DNA of 62,791 nt, filler included, from 8 parts of 8 records of this genome joined end to end with filler, not necessarily neighbours in it; one strand, 5' to 3'; shown: positions 1-11,037, numbered from the whole stretch's first letter. The notes: a model not told the origin generated them from the sequence alone. Translations and numbers: made by a program.

Positions 1-731
1 TTTGCCATTCTACCAATCGGGATTCGGTCACAATAATTTTCCTGAAACTTTTGATCTTGAGTGTCTCTATAAACGCCTGAAAGAGTGAGCGAATTCACCC
101 TAATATTTTTTCTACCCCAATATGTAGCTAAATAGCGCGTAAGATTATATATTCCTGACTTTGCTGCACAGTATGCAACAGGTTTAATAAATGGAACTCC
201 CGTAGTCTCTTCTTTGTACGCATAAATATCTTGTACAGGCGAAACCATTCCATAAATTGATCCAACATTAATTATAGATCCACCTTTTCCTTTACTAACT
301 ATTCTTGCACCAACAGCTTGACAGCACAAAAATGTTCCAACAAGATTTACATCAACAACCTCACGAAAAACTTCTTCAGGAAAATTCTCAAAAGGTCCTG
401 ACACCTCTGGCGGGGCGCTCGGTTGTGTATCAATCCCTGCATTGTTCACTAATACATCTGGAACATCCGACCAAGTTTTTTCGATCTCATCAAGCGCACT
501 TTCTATATTCTCTTTCTTACAGATGTCAACCTGACAAAATATTATATTTGAATTATTATATTGCTCTTTCGTAAAAGTGTTCTCTATACGCTCGCTATTA
601 ATTGTTCTCCCAAACACCGCAACCTTAGCTCCCCTTTCAAGTAGAGCTTTAGAATATTGTGATCCTAACTGCCCTAGCCCACCTGTTACAATACATATCT
701 TACCTTCCACATCAAACATATGATCAATCAT
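1..731 (-). CDS. SDR-family oxidoreductase, 3' end truncated by the window edge (not in the ORF track)
   Basis: Manual translation MIDHMFDVEGKICIVTGGLGQLG...LVNNAG...INVGSIYG...AYCAAKSG gives the TGxxxGxG-like, NNAG and YxxxK motifs. GGAGG RBS upstream. Confidence 0.9.
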   Translation of the reverse strand, partial: MIDHMFDVEGKICIVTGGLGQLGSQYSKALLERGAKVAVFGRTINSERIENTFTKEQYNNSNIIFCQVDICKKENIESALDEIEKTWSDVPDVLVNNAGIDTQPSAPPEVSGPFENFPEEVFREVVDVNLVGTFLCCQAVGARIVSKGKGGSIINVGSIYGMVSPVQDIYAYKEETTGVPFIKPVAYCAAKSGIYNLTRYLATYWGRKNIRVNSLTLSGVYRDTQDQKFQENYCDRIPIGRMA

Positions 732-901
732 TCACTATATCCTCCATATTTATATTGTAATATCTAATTTTTATATCCATTTTTCTCATTATTTTTATAT
801 ATGCTCGCGATATTTTTTAATTAAAATCTGGATTATTCCACTACAAGATTTCTTTTTATCATGTCTCAAAAAAATGTACCCATTATTTAGATTTATGGTA
901 A

Positions 902-2386
902 TCAAGTTTCCATCTCTTTTTTCTTTTTTGCTTGTTTTCGGAAATGAGACACCAAAGTTAAAACAATTATTATAATAAAACCAATAGAAATCGGTCTTGT
1001 AAACAATATTGAATAACTACCATCAGATATAAGCAAGGCTCTAGATAGATTCTGCTCTACCGTCGGTCCTAATATGATACCAAGCAACACAGGCGCAACA
1101 GGATAATCCGCTTTAAGCATGAAATATCCAATAGTTCCTGCAGCAATTGCTGTGAACACATCGAACATATTGTTTCTCATCGAGAATGCACCAACAAGCG
1201 CTAGTGCAAATATAATAGTTGTAATAATATTTTTAGGTAAAAGCAATACTTTTGCAAAAATTCTAACTCCAAAAAGACCAATTGTGATTATAAATAAGTT
1301 TAATGTAATAGTACTTGCAAAAACTGAATATACAATTTCTGGTGAATCCCTGAATAATAATGGTCCTGGTGTAAGACCCAACACCATCATCCCTCCAAGT
1401 AAAACAGCTGTTCCTGCCTCACCAGGTATTCCGAGCGTAAACATTGGTATAAGCGCACCATTCACACATGCGTTGTTCCCAGCTTCTGGAGCTGCAATAC
1501 CCTCAATTGACCCTTTACCAAACTCTTCGGGATGTTTGCTAGAACGCTTCGCTTCACCATATGACAAAAATGCTGCGATATCAGTACCCGTTCCTGGAAC
1601 AGCTCCAACAAAGGTGCCTATAAGTGCTGACTTTACTACGTGCGGTAAAATTCTGATGGCATCACCTATTGAAATTCCAATTTTCTTAATATTTAACTGC
1701 TCCGCTTGTGGTTTGTTATATTCTTCAACACCATTTAGTGCTTGCGAAACAGCAAAGAGACCAATCAGCATCGCTTGGAGCGAAACACCACTAATTAAGT
1801 TCAAACTATTAAACGTAAACCTCAGCGAACCACTAATTGGGTCTACCCCCATTGTTGCGACAAGCAATCCTATAAGACCTGCAATATACCCCTTTGTGAG
1901 CGATTTCCCAGATACAAAACTAATCATTGTAAGTCCGTAAACGGCTAACCAAACGTATTCTGTAGCTCCAAACTTCAAAGCCACTTTTGCAATCATCGGA
2001 GCTAACAAACTCAAAATTAAAGCACCTATCAGTCCGCCAACTGCCGATGCTATCGTTGCTGTAGCAAGCGCACGACCTGCCTCACCTCGCTTTGCCATCG
2101 GGTAGCCATCAAGCAATGTTGCGCCTGCTGCTGGCGTACCAGGTGTTCTTAGTAAAATTGCAGATACTGATCCTCCGAAAATTGCTCCAGAAAAAATACC
2201 AATCAGCAAACCAATCCCTATATCTGATGGCAAGGCATAAGTAAAGGGCAATAACAATGTCATACCCATCGTGCCTGTTAAACCCGGCAGTGATCCAATA
2301 ATAATTCCTGCAATAACACCAATAAATAAATATAAAATCGCACCATTAGTAAAAATAGTAGCAAATCCATCTAATAATAGTTCCAT
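902..2386 (-). CDS. tctA: Tripartite tricarboxylate transporter large permease TctA
   Basis: 494 aa, highly hydrophobic, with LLRTPGTPAAGATLLDGYPM and APEAGNNA motifs typical of TctA. Confidence 0.95.
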   Translation of the reverse strand: MELLLDGFATIFTNGAILYLFIGVIAGIIIGSLPGLTGTMGMTLLLPFTYALPSDIGIGLLIGIFSGAIFGGSVSAILLRTPGTPAAGATLLDGYPMAKRGEAGRALATATIASAVGGLIGALILSLLAPMIAKVALKFGATEYVWLAVYGLTMISFVSGKSLTKGYIAGLIGLLVATMGVDPISGSLRFTFNSLNLISGVSLQAMLIGLFAVSQALNGVEEYNKPQAEQLNIKKIGISIGDAIRILPHVVKSALIGTFVGAVPGTGTDIAAFLSYGEAKRSSKHPEEFGKGSIEGIAAPEAGNNACVNGALIPMFTLGIPGEAGTAVLLGGMMVLGLTPGPLLFRDSPEIVYSVFASTITLNLFIITIGLFGVRIFAKVLLLPKNIITTIIFALALVGAFSMRNNMFDVFTAIAAGTIGYFMLKADYPVAPVLLGIILGPTVEQNLSRALLISDGSYSILFTRPISIGFIIIIVLTLVSHFRKQAKKKKEMET

Positions 2387-2396
2387 ATTCTCTCCT

Positions 2397-2864
2397 TTAA
2401 GCCAAAAATTGTAGCCATCCGCCTGGCAAAGGCACCCTCAACGCATAATGAAATAACACATAAATGAATGTAGTAGATGCAATTGGCACCAATATTAGAG
2501 GTAAAGCATTTCTAATCTTTAAAAGCCACAAAATAAAAGCCATTAATGCAATGGTACAAATAACGAATCCCACGGGTTTTAATAAAATTCCATAAAGTAT
2601 GATCGTACCAATCATAATAAATACTTCTTTCTTATTTTCAATCGTAATATTAGTCGTAACTTTTCGTCTAAAAACTCCAACTAATAATACGGTTGCAGCA
2701 ATACTCAAAAGTGTACATATGATTCTTGGCCAAGCAGAAGGATCTAGAGAATTGTCAATTGATTCTCTAAATTTACTTGACTCATAAAAAATAAAAGCTG
2801 ATAGTAAATAAAGTACTATCGCTATACCAAAATCAACCCAGTTTATCTTTTCTTTTGATCTCAT
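2397..2864 (-). CDS. tctB: TTT small permease TctB
   Basis: 155 aa, about 4 TM segments, C-terminal LRVPLPGG, located between tctC and tctA. Confidence 0.9.
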   Translation of the reverse strand: MRSKEKINWVDFGIAIVLYLLSAFIFYESSKFRESIDNSLDPSAWPRIICTLLSIAATVLLVGVFRRKVTTNITIENKKEVFIMIGTIILYGILLKPVGFVICTIALMAFILWLLKIRNALPLILVPIASTTFIYVLFHYALRVPLPGGWLQFLA

Positions 2865-2890
2865 AACTAAAAACCTTCCGATTATATTTA

Positions 2891-2929
2891 AGTTCTCCTC
2901 ATTTTATATAATATCAAACGAGGAGAACT
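2891..2929. other. Intercistronic inverted repeat between tctC and tctB
   Basis: AGTTCTCCTC (2891-2900) pairs with GAGGAGAACT (2920-2929). Likely an mRNA-stabilising or attenuating stem after the binding-protein gene. Confidence 0.55.
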
Positions 2930-2948
2930 ATTAGTTAATTATTTTTGA

Positions 2949-3992
2949 TTATTTTGTTAAACCTAGTTGTTCACATACTTTCTTCATATCGGCAGCAGTG
3001 CTATCGCATAGAGCTTTGTAATCAGCAGTATTCTCATACTTGATCCCTAGTCCCATATTATTCATCGCTTCAATAAAGCTAGGCTCTTGAGCCATTTTTT
3101 CGAATGCAGCATCAAGTGCAGCAACTTGAGCTTCATCCATTCCTGCAGGTCCACCGATTCCACGGAATGTAGATAGTTGAACATCATATCCTTCTTCAGC
3201 CATTGTTGGAACATCTGAAGAGAAAATATCCATTCTCTCTTCAGAGAATGTAGCTAAAACACGAATGTCTCCTGCTTTTTCTAATGCACTAACTTCTGCG
3301 CCTGAATATGTAACAGCATCTATCTCGCCACCAAGAAGTGCAGCATTACCTGTTGCTGAGCCATCATAAGGTACATATCCAACATCAATTTGAGCAGTAT
3401 CAGCAAACAGTGCACCAGCTAAATGCCATAAAAAACCAGTTCCTGAATGAGCGATTTTAAGTTCGCCTGGATTAGCTTTTGCGTATTCCACAAACTCTGA
3501 TACAGTTTGGAAAGGTGAATCAGCTGCTACGGCTAAACACGCTGGATCAGCATTAACGTTCGAGATTTGAGTAAAATCACTAAAGTCAAATGTATAAATA
3601 CCCTGTTCCTTTAGAAAAGAAAGTTCAACAGGCAAAACCGCCAAAGTGTAACCATCTGGTTTAGCAGCCATTAGAGTAGCCAGTCCTGCCGCCCCTGTAC
3701 CACCAGTAATGTTTTCGACATTAACTTTTACACCGAGGTATTTTTCAGCATTTTCTGTCAGCTTTCTTGCAACAGTATCAGTACCACCACCAGCGCTCCA
3801 AGGAACGATCATGGTAATGTTCTTGTCAAATAAACCTTCTAATTCAATAGGCTCTTCTGCTACTTCGTCAACAACTTCCTCAGGTTTTGCAGTTTCTGTT
3901 GCTGGCTCTTCAACTACAGGTTCAGTTTTTGTACAACCTATAAGTGATACCGCCAAAACAGCAACAAGTAGAAATACAACTAATTTTTTCAT
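2949..3992 (-). CDS. tctC: TTT substrate-binding lipoprotein (TctC/Bug family)
   Basis: Lipobox LIGC; IVPWSAGGGTD, NITGGTG, KPDGYTL and VPYDGS motifs. Confidence 0.93.
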   Translation of the reverse strand: MKKLVVFLLVAVLAVSLIGCTKTEPVVEEPATETAKPEEVVDEVAEEPIELEGLFDKNITMIVPWSAGGGTDTVARKLTENAEKYLGVKVNVENITGGTGAAGLATLMAAKPDGYTLAVLPVELSFLKEQGIYTFDFSDFTQISNVNADPACLAVAADSPFQTVSEFVEYAKANPGELKIAHSGTGFLWHLAGALFADTAQIDVGYVPYDGSATGNAALLGGEIDAVTYSGAEVSALEKAGDIRVLATFSEERMDIFSSDVPTMAEEGYDVQLSTFRGIGGPAGMDEAQVAALDAAFEKMAQEPSFIEAMNNMGLGIKYENTADYKALCDSTAADMKKVCEQLGLTK

Positions 3993-4025
3993 TTTATTCT
4001 CCTTCGTTTTTCTTATTTAAATCGG

Positions 4026-4943
4026 TTAAAGTTTTCCGATTTCAATCAAAACATCTTTTACTACTTTCATTTCATCCGCTGTTGCAGGTGCTAATGGGCT
4101 TCTAGCTGGTCCCAATTTGATACCTGTAACAAGTTCAATTGCTGGACGTAAAATAGAGTTAGGTAAAATCCTTCCGTTTTGTCCAGTCGTTTTGCAAAAT
4201 CTATAAATTGGTATAAATGCCTCTTTTGCTTTTTCGTTTTCACCTTTTTCGAACGAATCGAAGATTGATCTAATTTCATCTCCAAATATGTGTGCACCTC
4301 CACTTACAATGCCCATAGCCCCTTGAACAATAGTAGGAAGAAGCATTATGTCATCACCATTATAGATAGCAAAGTTTGGATCAGCATCTTTGGATGCTAA
4401 GAAAAAGTCTGTTATTTGTGTTGGGTTAATTCCGGCCTCATCCTTAACACCAACGATATTAGAAATCTTAGCCAATTCACCAACAACTTCTGAGCTCACA
4501 TTAACACCAACAAAAATTGGAATATTGTACAACATAATTTTTGCATCTGTATTTTCCGCTAAAGTTTTAAAATGATTATATATCCCTTCTTGTGTAGGTT
4601 TATTATAGAACGGACATACCACCATACAAAGATCAATTCCAGCTTTATAGGCTTCATTTGTTAGCGCAATAGTCTCTTTTGTTGATGCGCAACCTGTTCC
4701 CCCGATTACTGGCATTCTTCCCGCAGAAGTTTCTACAGCAACCTGCATGAGTTTAACTCTTTCATCAAACGTAAGCAAGCTAGCTTCACCAGTTGTTCCA
4801 GTAACTATGATAGAGTCACAACACTTGTTTTGAATTAAATATTCAATCAGTTCTCTATATCTATCATAATCAACTTCCTCCTTTTTATTATAAGGAGTAA
4901 TTATTGGTAATAAAATTTTACCGTATCTTTCTAAATTATGCAT
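4026..4943 (-). CDS. DapA/NanA-family class I aldolase or dehydratase
   Basis: GTTGE, LYNIP and VGVKD (Schiff-base Lys) motifs. Confidence 0.9.
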   Translation of the reverse strand: MHNLERYGKILLPIITPYNKKEEVDYDRYRELIEYLIQNKCCDSIIVTGTTGEASLLTFDERVKLMQVAVETSAGRMPVIGGTGCASTKETIALTNEAYKAGIDLCMVVCPFYNKPTQEGIYNHFKTLAENTDAKIMLYNIPIFVGVNVSSEVVGELAKISNIVGVKDEAGINPTQITDFFLASKDADPNFAIYNGDDIMLLPTIVQGAMGIVSGGAHIFGDEIRSIFDSFEKGENEKAKEAFIPIYRFCKTTGQNGRILPNSILRPAIELVTGIKLGPARSPLAPATADEMKVVKDVLIEIGKL

Positions 4944-4994
4944 TGTTAAAATTTCCTTTCAAAAATCATTTACTTATTTTGTAATATTTTAAGA

Positions 4995-5012
4995 TTGTAT
5001 GATGTCGTACTT
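4995..5012. promoter_or_regulatory. Putative GntR/FadR operator 1
   Basis: TTGTATGATGTCGTACTT, an imperfect palindrome repeated at 5150 and 5962. Confidence 0.8.
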
Positions 5013-5014
5013 TC

Positions 5015-5043
5015 ATAGTATAGTATGTCAAAGTGAATGTCAA
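5015..5043 (-). promoter_or_regulatory. Sigma70-type promoter for the aldolase-tctCBA-SDR operon
   Basis: Minus strand TTGACA (5043-5038), 17 nt, TACTAT (5020-5015), immediately followed by operator 1. Confidence 0.7.
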
Positions 5044-5130
5044 TAGTTTTTAGTAGTTTTTTAAATACTTACTAAAAATCATTTAATAATCACTTCAACT
5101 AAATTATTGCTTTCAATTTACTAGTTATTA

Positions 5131-5167
5131 TGCTATAATTTGTTTGGCATTGTATGATGTCATACTA
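5131..5167 (+). promoter_or_regulatory. Extended -10 promoter and operator 2 upstream of the GntR gene
   Basis: TGcTATAAT at 5131-5139; TTGTATGATGTCATACTA at 5150-5167. Confidence 0.75.
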
Positions 5168-5198
5168 TAGAGCTATGTTCAATTAGCGAGGTGCAAAA

Positions 5199-5912
5199 AT
5201 GAAAGAAATAAAAAGAATATCTATCACGGATGCCGTTGTAGATAGCATAAAAGAATCAATTGAGTCTGGTGAATATAAAGTAGCTGAAAAGCTTCCAACA
5301 GAAGCCAAACTTTGTGAATCTCTGAAAGTAAGTCGAACCTGTTTGCGTGAAGCGATACGCGTTTTACAAGCACTTAATTATGTTTCACTAGTTCCTGGCA
5401 AAGGCGCTTTTGTCTCAAACACGGTACCTACCCTCAATAATAATGCTGATAACTGGTATGACGTAGAGAATGCGAAATTTCATGATTTTATGGAAGTTAG
5501 AATGGCGATTGAAACCTTGGCTGTGAAGTTATCTGTTGAAAGAGCAAGCAAAAAAAATATTCAGGAGTTACATGAAATACATGAGTCCTTTGTAAATGCC
5601 AATGAAGAGCAAGACTTAGTTCAACTGATAATGCTTGATGAGTTGTTCCATACAAAGATCATAAGTTTTACAAACAACCAGCTTTTAATAAACATCAATA
5701 AGGAGTTAATTAAAAGCTTTAGGGTTTACCGTGGCAATTCATTTATGAGTAATAATGCATATATCAACGCAATGATACCACATTATAATATAATTCAGTG
5801 CTTTGAATCTGGAAACGCATCTGGCGCTGTTAAGGAAATGATTAGTCATTTAGATATTACTGTTAAGGATATGGAAGACTTGCTAAAGAAGAGCAAAAGT
5901 CAAAACAAATAG
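5199..5912 (+). CDS. GntR/FadR-family transcriptional regulator
   Basis: wHTH KLPTEAKLCESLKVSRTCLREA and FCD-like domain (LDELFH). Confidence 0.95.
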   Translation: MKEIKRISITDAVVDSIKESIESGEYKVAEKLPTEAKLCESLKVSRTCLREAIRVLQALNYVSLVPGKGAFVSNTVPTLNNNADNWYDVENAKFHDFMEVRMAIETLAVKLSVERASKKNIQELHEIHESFVNANEEQDLVQLIMLDELFHTKIISFTNNQLLININKELIKSFRVYRGNSFMSNNAYINAMIPHYNIIQCFESGNASGAVKEMISHLDITVKDMEDLLKKSKSQNK

Positions 5913-5922
5913 TAATTACCTC

Positions 5923-5979
5923 TTGACATTATTAATAAGATAGGTTTTAATTAATGCAACATTGTATGATGTCACACAA
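5923..5979 (+). promoter_or_regulatory. Sigma70 promoter and operator 3 upstream of the second aldolase
   Basis: TTGACA (5923-5928), 17 nt, TTTAAT (5946-5951); TTGTATGATGTCACACAA at 5962-5979. Confidence 0.78.
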
Positions 5980-6013
5980 TATTAGTTTCATCCAATAATT
6001 TCAGGAGGTATAG

Positions 6014-6895
6014 ATGGAAAAGATAATTGAAGGTATTATTCCACCGATCGTAACACCATTTAATCATGACGGATCAATTAATGAAAAACTATTTGCAAAA
6101 GAAATCCACATTAGCGTTAATGCAGGCGTTCATGGAATTAGTGTAAGTGGAAGCACTGGCGAAGGACCAACAATCCGTGATGAAGAATTGCGCGATCTAA
6201 TCACTGTCGCAAAAGATATTGTAACCGATAATCAACCAATAGTATGCGGCATCATGCGTGCATGTACAAGAGATGCTGTGCAGGCGGGATTTGCAGCAAA
6301 AGCAGCAGGTGCAGATGCACTTATGATTACACCTACTGCTTATAATGTCTTGGTACCAAACGAAGAAGGTATGTTTGATTTTTACTCAACTATTTCAAAA
6401 GAAGTAGAGCTTCCAATAATTATTTATAATGTAATCCCACAGAACACTGTTTCTCCATTGCTTTTCAGCAAATTGCTGAATGAAACCAACCATGTTATGG
6501 GTATTAAGCAAAGCGTTGGCGGCGTTCCTGCATTATATGCTATGCAAATGCAGCGCGAAGATAGAGGAAAATTATACGCCGCAACTGATGATATGCTTTA
6601 CACTTGCTATTCACTTGGTGCACATGGCGCAATTTCTGCAATTTTGGCGGTATTCCCGAAATTGTGCGTAGAAATGTGGAACTGTTCTCAAAATGGCGAC
6701 TTTGAAAGAGCTCAAGAAATACAAGATTTATTATATCATCCATGGCAATGTATTGCGGGCAACCAATTCCCGATTCGCTTAAAATATGCACTCGAAGTTA
6801 TGGGTAGGGATCCTGGTTTTTGCAGAAGCCCCATTGCATATCTTCCTGACGACGAAAAAAGGAAAATCGAAAAGGCTTTTGAGAAATTAGGTTAG
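6014..6895 (+). CDS. Second DapA-family aldolase
   Basis: GIIPPIVTPF, GSTGE, IIIYN and GIKQS motifs. Confidence 0.9.
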   Translation: MEKIIEGIIPPIVTPFNHDGSINEKLFAKEIHISVNAGVHGISVSGSTGEGPTIRDEELRDLITVAKDIVTDNQPIVCGIMRACTRDAVQAGFAAKAAGADALMITPTAYNVLVPNEEGMFDFYSTISKEVELPIIIYNVIPQNTVSPLLFSKLLNETNHVMGIKQSVGGVPALYAMQMQREDRGKLYAATDDMLYTCYSLGAHGAISAILAVFPKLCVEMWNCSQNGDFERAQEIQDLLYHPWQCIAGNQFPIRLKYALEVMGRDPGFCRSPIAYLPDDEKRKIEKAFEKLG

Positions 6896-6953
6896 CTAAG
6901 ACAAAATATCACCTTATTAATTAAAATAAGTTATTAAGATTTTAGATTATCAT

Positions 6954-6977
6954 AAAAGTCTTCGAAGGAGGACTTTT
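6954..6977. terminator. Probable intrinsic terminator
   Basis: AAAAGTCTTC-GAAG-GAGGACTTTT hairpin about 60 nt after the stop codon. Confidence 0.65.
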
Positions 6978-7106
6978 AGATATTCTAAATTCTCAATGAC
7001 GGGATCAACTGTAGGAAAATTACATAATGATAAATTTGAGGTTGTTATCACTAGTTGCATCAAGTATTTCATTTAATTTGTTGAACAGATCAAGTGAATG
7101 AATTAG

Positions 7107-7475
7107 CTGTCGACCTCAAAACAGAATCTATTGCTTTTGATCAAAATTTTTCAGTTGTTTATATAAGAAATTTAGTTTAATATTGATTCATAAACTCAAA
7201 GGATCAGCTTCCTTAAATGCTAAAGCAACTTAAAATATTTATATAATACTCGAGAGAATCCTTATTTACAATTAAACAATTTATCATACTGAAAACACTA
7301 ACTGACGATGATAAAGTCATTCAAATATTAGCTTTAACTAAAGAAGTCCAAGACCTCATACTAATCCTTGTTTCAAAGCGAACCCAATATATCTTTCAAA
7401 ATACTAACCGCAAATCAGCAATCGCACTTATATTTTTTTGATTTTCAAGCTTGATTAGATTTTTGAGGTCGACAG
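7107..7475. repeat. 369-bp segment bounded by perfect 15-bp inverted repeats
   Basis: CTGTCGACCTCAAAA (7107-7121) and TTTTGAGGTCGACAG (7461-7475). No transposase inside. Confidence 0.7.
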
Positions 7476-7769
7476 GTTAAAAAACGTCAAAATGCATCTC
7501 TCAAACGAGAGCAAAAAAATCAGCCAAAAAATCGCTGTAACCCTCATGAACACTGGCTCATAGGGGTGTGCATCTTTTTTGACCGAAAGACCTGGCTCTT
7601 TCGGTTGAATAAGATGTTCCATATATTATCGTATCAAACTTGCACCATTTCCTTTCATTCCAACGACGTTATTGACAATTTGCTTAGGATATAATTCATC
7701 TTCGCCACAATCTTATCCATCAAAACGAAGTCGTTTCTTCTACCGCTTTAGACTTATTATATCAGTAAT

Positions 7770-7994
7770 CTAAATTGTTATTATCGCTACTATACGTTTT
7801 ACAATAGGAAGCAAAATTATTCCGGTTGGTATAGCAACAATTATTGCCTTGCTCCATGTATTAATAAACGCTGCCCATAGTCCAGAACCAAATCCCAAAT
7901 TAATAATTGTTAATGCAAATGACATCACTGTAGCCATTAATGTTGCCATAATGATCGCTGTTAGTATACCCGAATACTTCTTCTCTATTTTCAT
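7770..7994 (-). CDS. Small two-TM membrane protein (DUF2798-like)
   Basis: 74 aa; pattern MATLMATVMSF...W...IVAIP...LPIVKRIV resembles DUF2798. Confidence 0.7.
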   Translation of the reverse strand: MKIEKKYSGILTAIIMATLMATVMSFALTIINLGFGSGLWAAFINTWSKAIIVAIPTGIILLPIVKRIVAIITI

Positions 7995-8048
7995 ATACTT
8001 TCCCCCTCAGTATTATCTAATTATCAAATGCTGCTTTATCAATATTTC

Positions 8049-9255
8049 TTACTCTCCAAAGAACAATTTTTGTTTGTACTCTACTGGGGTTAACCCTGTA
8101 ATTTTTAAATCGCTGACTAAAATATCTTTGGTTTGCAAAGCCAACCCTTTCTGCAACCCAGTATATTTTATTACGAGAATCTTCTAGAAGATTCTTTGCT
8201 TGCTCAATTCTGATATTATTAATGTAGTCTATAACATTAATTCCTGTTTGTTTCTTAAAAAGATTTGATAAATATGTTGGGTGGATATAAAGCTCCTCTG
8301 CCAACACCGCCAAAGATATTTTTTTGTTGTAATTTTCTTTAATATAATTTATAACGTCAACTACAAGTGTTGAATAAGCTTTTTCATCAACACTTTCTTT
8401 ATCTGATTTTTCATTATTTTTCAATATTGAATGTCTATCTTTATCTTTATGAATAGACATCAACTCATAATTCTTAGATGAAAGTTCCAATATATTATCT
8501 GTATATCTAACCTCTTTAACGTTAATACTCATGTTATTCATATTAACCTTTTTGATTATCATATCTGATGTATAACTATTGATATTTTCATCACATAAAA
8601 CCATAACGTTATAGTTACTTATGCTCGGGTAGATAAAAACTTTGAAACCTTCGAGCCCCAAGTCAATATCAGCTACATTTTTAAATTCTTTAGAGCTGCA
8701 GGTAAAGCGAGCAAGCCAAAATCTACAATTTTGCAAGCCACAATATTCCAAACTTTCGGATATTTCATCACCACTTAATCTTTTTGTTTCAAAAAGCATA
8801 TTATAGATAAAGTTTTTTGTAATTGAATCAATATTTTTAATGATAAAATCATCACTTTTCTTGATTTTTCTTTTCTTATCTATTATAGATTTTGTTTTTT
8901 CTATCGCAAATTTCAAATCATTTACTGAGACTGGTTTAATTATATAATCAATAGCTTCTTGTTTTAATGCTTTTTGAGCATACTCAAACTCAGTATACCC
9001 ACTGATAAATATTACGTGCACATCATGATCTCTTTCCCTTAAAATATCTACAAGTGTCAATCCATCAACATTAGGCATATTAATATCAGTCAAAATCAAA
9101 TCAACCTTATCCCAGTCGCAAAATTCTAATGCTTCTTCTGCATCTGTATAAACTTCGTATACATCCCAATCATTGATTGAATTTTCAATTATATTTTTTA
9201 TTCCATTACATATTATAAATTCATCATCAATGATCACAATATTCATCTTATTCAC
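8049..9255 (-). CDS. YesN-like response regulator (REC + AraC HTH), with an apparent 1-nt deletion near 8100
   Basis: IIDDE, LILTDINMP and YIIKP in REC; AraC HTH. Adding one A restores KKITGLTPVEYKQKLFFGE*. Confidence 0.9.
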
Positions 9256-9260
9256 CTTCT

Positions 9261-10860
9261 TTATATAGGAAGAATTATTCTTATCTTCGTTCCTCTTCCA
9301 AACTCACTCAAAATATGGAATTCCGCTTCGTGATACATGTGCTTAATTCTTCGCTCAACGTTCTTTAAACCAATATGGCTTTTGTTTTCAGATAATTCAT
9401 ATTCACCCATACTTATTGCATCTACTTGCTCTGCACTCATTCCAATTCCATTATCAATTATTTCAATTACATAGTTCTTATTTTGTAATTTACCTAGTAT
9501 TTTAATAATATTGTTGCTTTTTCTCCCCGAAAATCCATGTGTAATCGAGTTTTCTACTATAGGCTGCAAAGTAAGCTTAGGTAAAACAATATGTTTAGAT
9601 TGTTTTACATCTATGTAATACTCAAGCGCACCATTGCTGTTTGCATAATGCAAAAACAAATAATCTTTTACATTATTAATTTCGTCTTCAAGCTTAACTT
9701 GAGAAGAGGTGCTTTCTGCAGAATAACGAAGCAACTTACCTAATGCAACTATAGATTCACTGACTTTTTCTTCACCTTTTTCTATGAGTCGCCAATTTAT
9801 CATATCAAGCGTATTATGAAGAAAGTGAGGATTAATTTGAGCCTGTAAAGCCATAAATTCTGCTTCTTTTGTCATAAGTTCTTGTTCGTATTTTTGTTTA
9901 ATAAGCTTATGTGTGTTTTCTACCATAGCATCAAATATATCAGAAATCTCACCGATCTCATCAACTCGTCTGGCATTTATTCGGACATCAAAGTCCCCTT
10001 TCCCAACACGGCTCATTTTTTCTGCTAAATATTTTAATCCTTTTGTTACATAGTCAGATATCCTGCTTGCTAAAAGAAAACAAGCCAGCAACGAACATAT
10101 CAATGTAATAATAAGAATTAAAACCGTTCTATTAAAGGTTTCACTTAAATCAGATACTCTATTAACAGATACTAAATACCATCCCATAGCTTCATTTTGA
10201 ATATAGGAAACTATGCTTTCATCACGATAATCCGTTTTTGCCACAGAGAAAGAGCTTCGCTCAACTTTGGTATCAATTCTATCAAGGATATCTACATCTA
10301 TTATAGATTTATCCATATTCATAGGTAAAACGACTGATTTATCAGGAGAAATCAAGTAGAGTGAAACATTTTTAATTTCTTCACCCGAATATTCCATATT
10401 AGAAAAAGAATTTTCTTTCAGAGCAAAAATTAAAAGTCCTTTAATTTCGTTACTCGAGTAATCCTTTATTACCGCCGCTGCAGATATTCCTCCTAAAGGT
10501 TCAAGTAATATACTATCTTTAGCATAAGACTCATTCAAATCATTTTCACTCAGCCATACTAATCCGCCATTATACTTCTCAGCTTCTTTAAAAGCATTCA
10601 TATTCTGTATATCAAAACCAGCTGGCAGATAGTAAGTGGCTCTTACACTATATGTATTAGAATTCATATCGATTATTGAGATATCAAGATACTCATAATT
10701 ACTTATCGCCTTGCTATTAAGGTAATCAACAATATCTCTTTTTGCTTTTCCTACCTCAAGCTCTGATACAAGATTTAGATTCTGCTTAATTTCATCTCTT
10801 ATCACAATATTAAGAGCATCTGCATTAAATGACTCCATTCTGCTTTCAAGATCCTGATTA
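9261..10860 (-). CDS. YesM-like sensor histidine kinase, 5' truncated at the contig end
   Basis: HAMP, LQAQINPHFLHNTL, LQPIVENSITHG and IIDNGIGM motifs. Confidence 0.93.
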
Positions 10861-10960
10861 NNNNNNNNNNNNNNNNNNNNNNNNNNNNNNNNNNNNNNNN
10901 NNNNTTAATTAATTAANNNNNNNNNNNNNNNNNNNNNNNNNNNNNNNNNNNNNNNNNNNN
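10861..10960. other. Artificial contig spacer
   Basis: N-run with central TTAATTAATTAA (stops in all six frames). Confidence 0.99.
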
Positions 10961-11037
10961 AGCTGTCAAAAACTGTGCTAAGCAAGGGTGATATTATATT
11001 TGTAACCAAAGACTAAAGCAGGTTGAAATGATATTCA

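Noticed and set aside
1119-1940. 273-aa plus-strand ORF
   Set aside because: Antisense shadow of tctA with no recognisable motifs.
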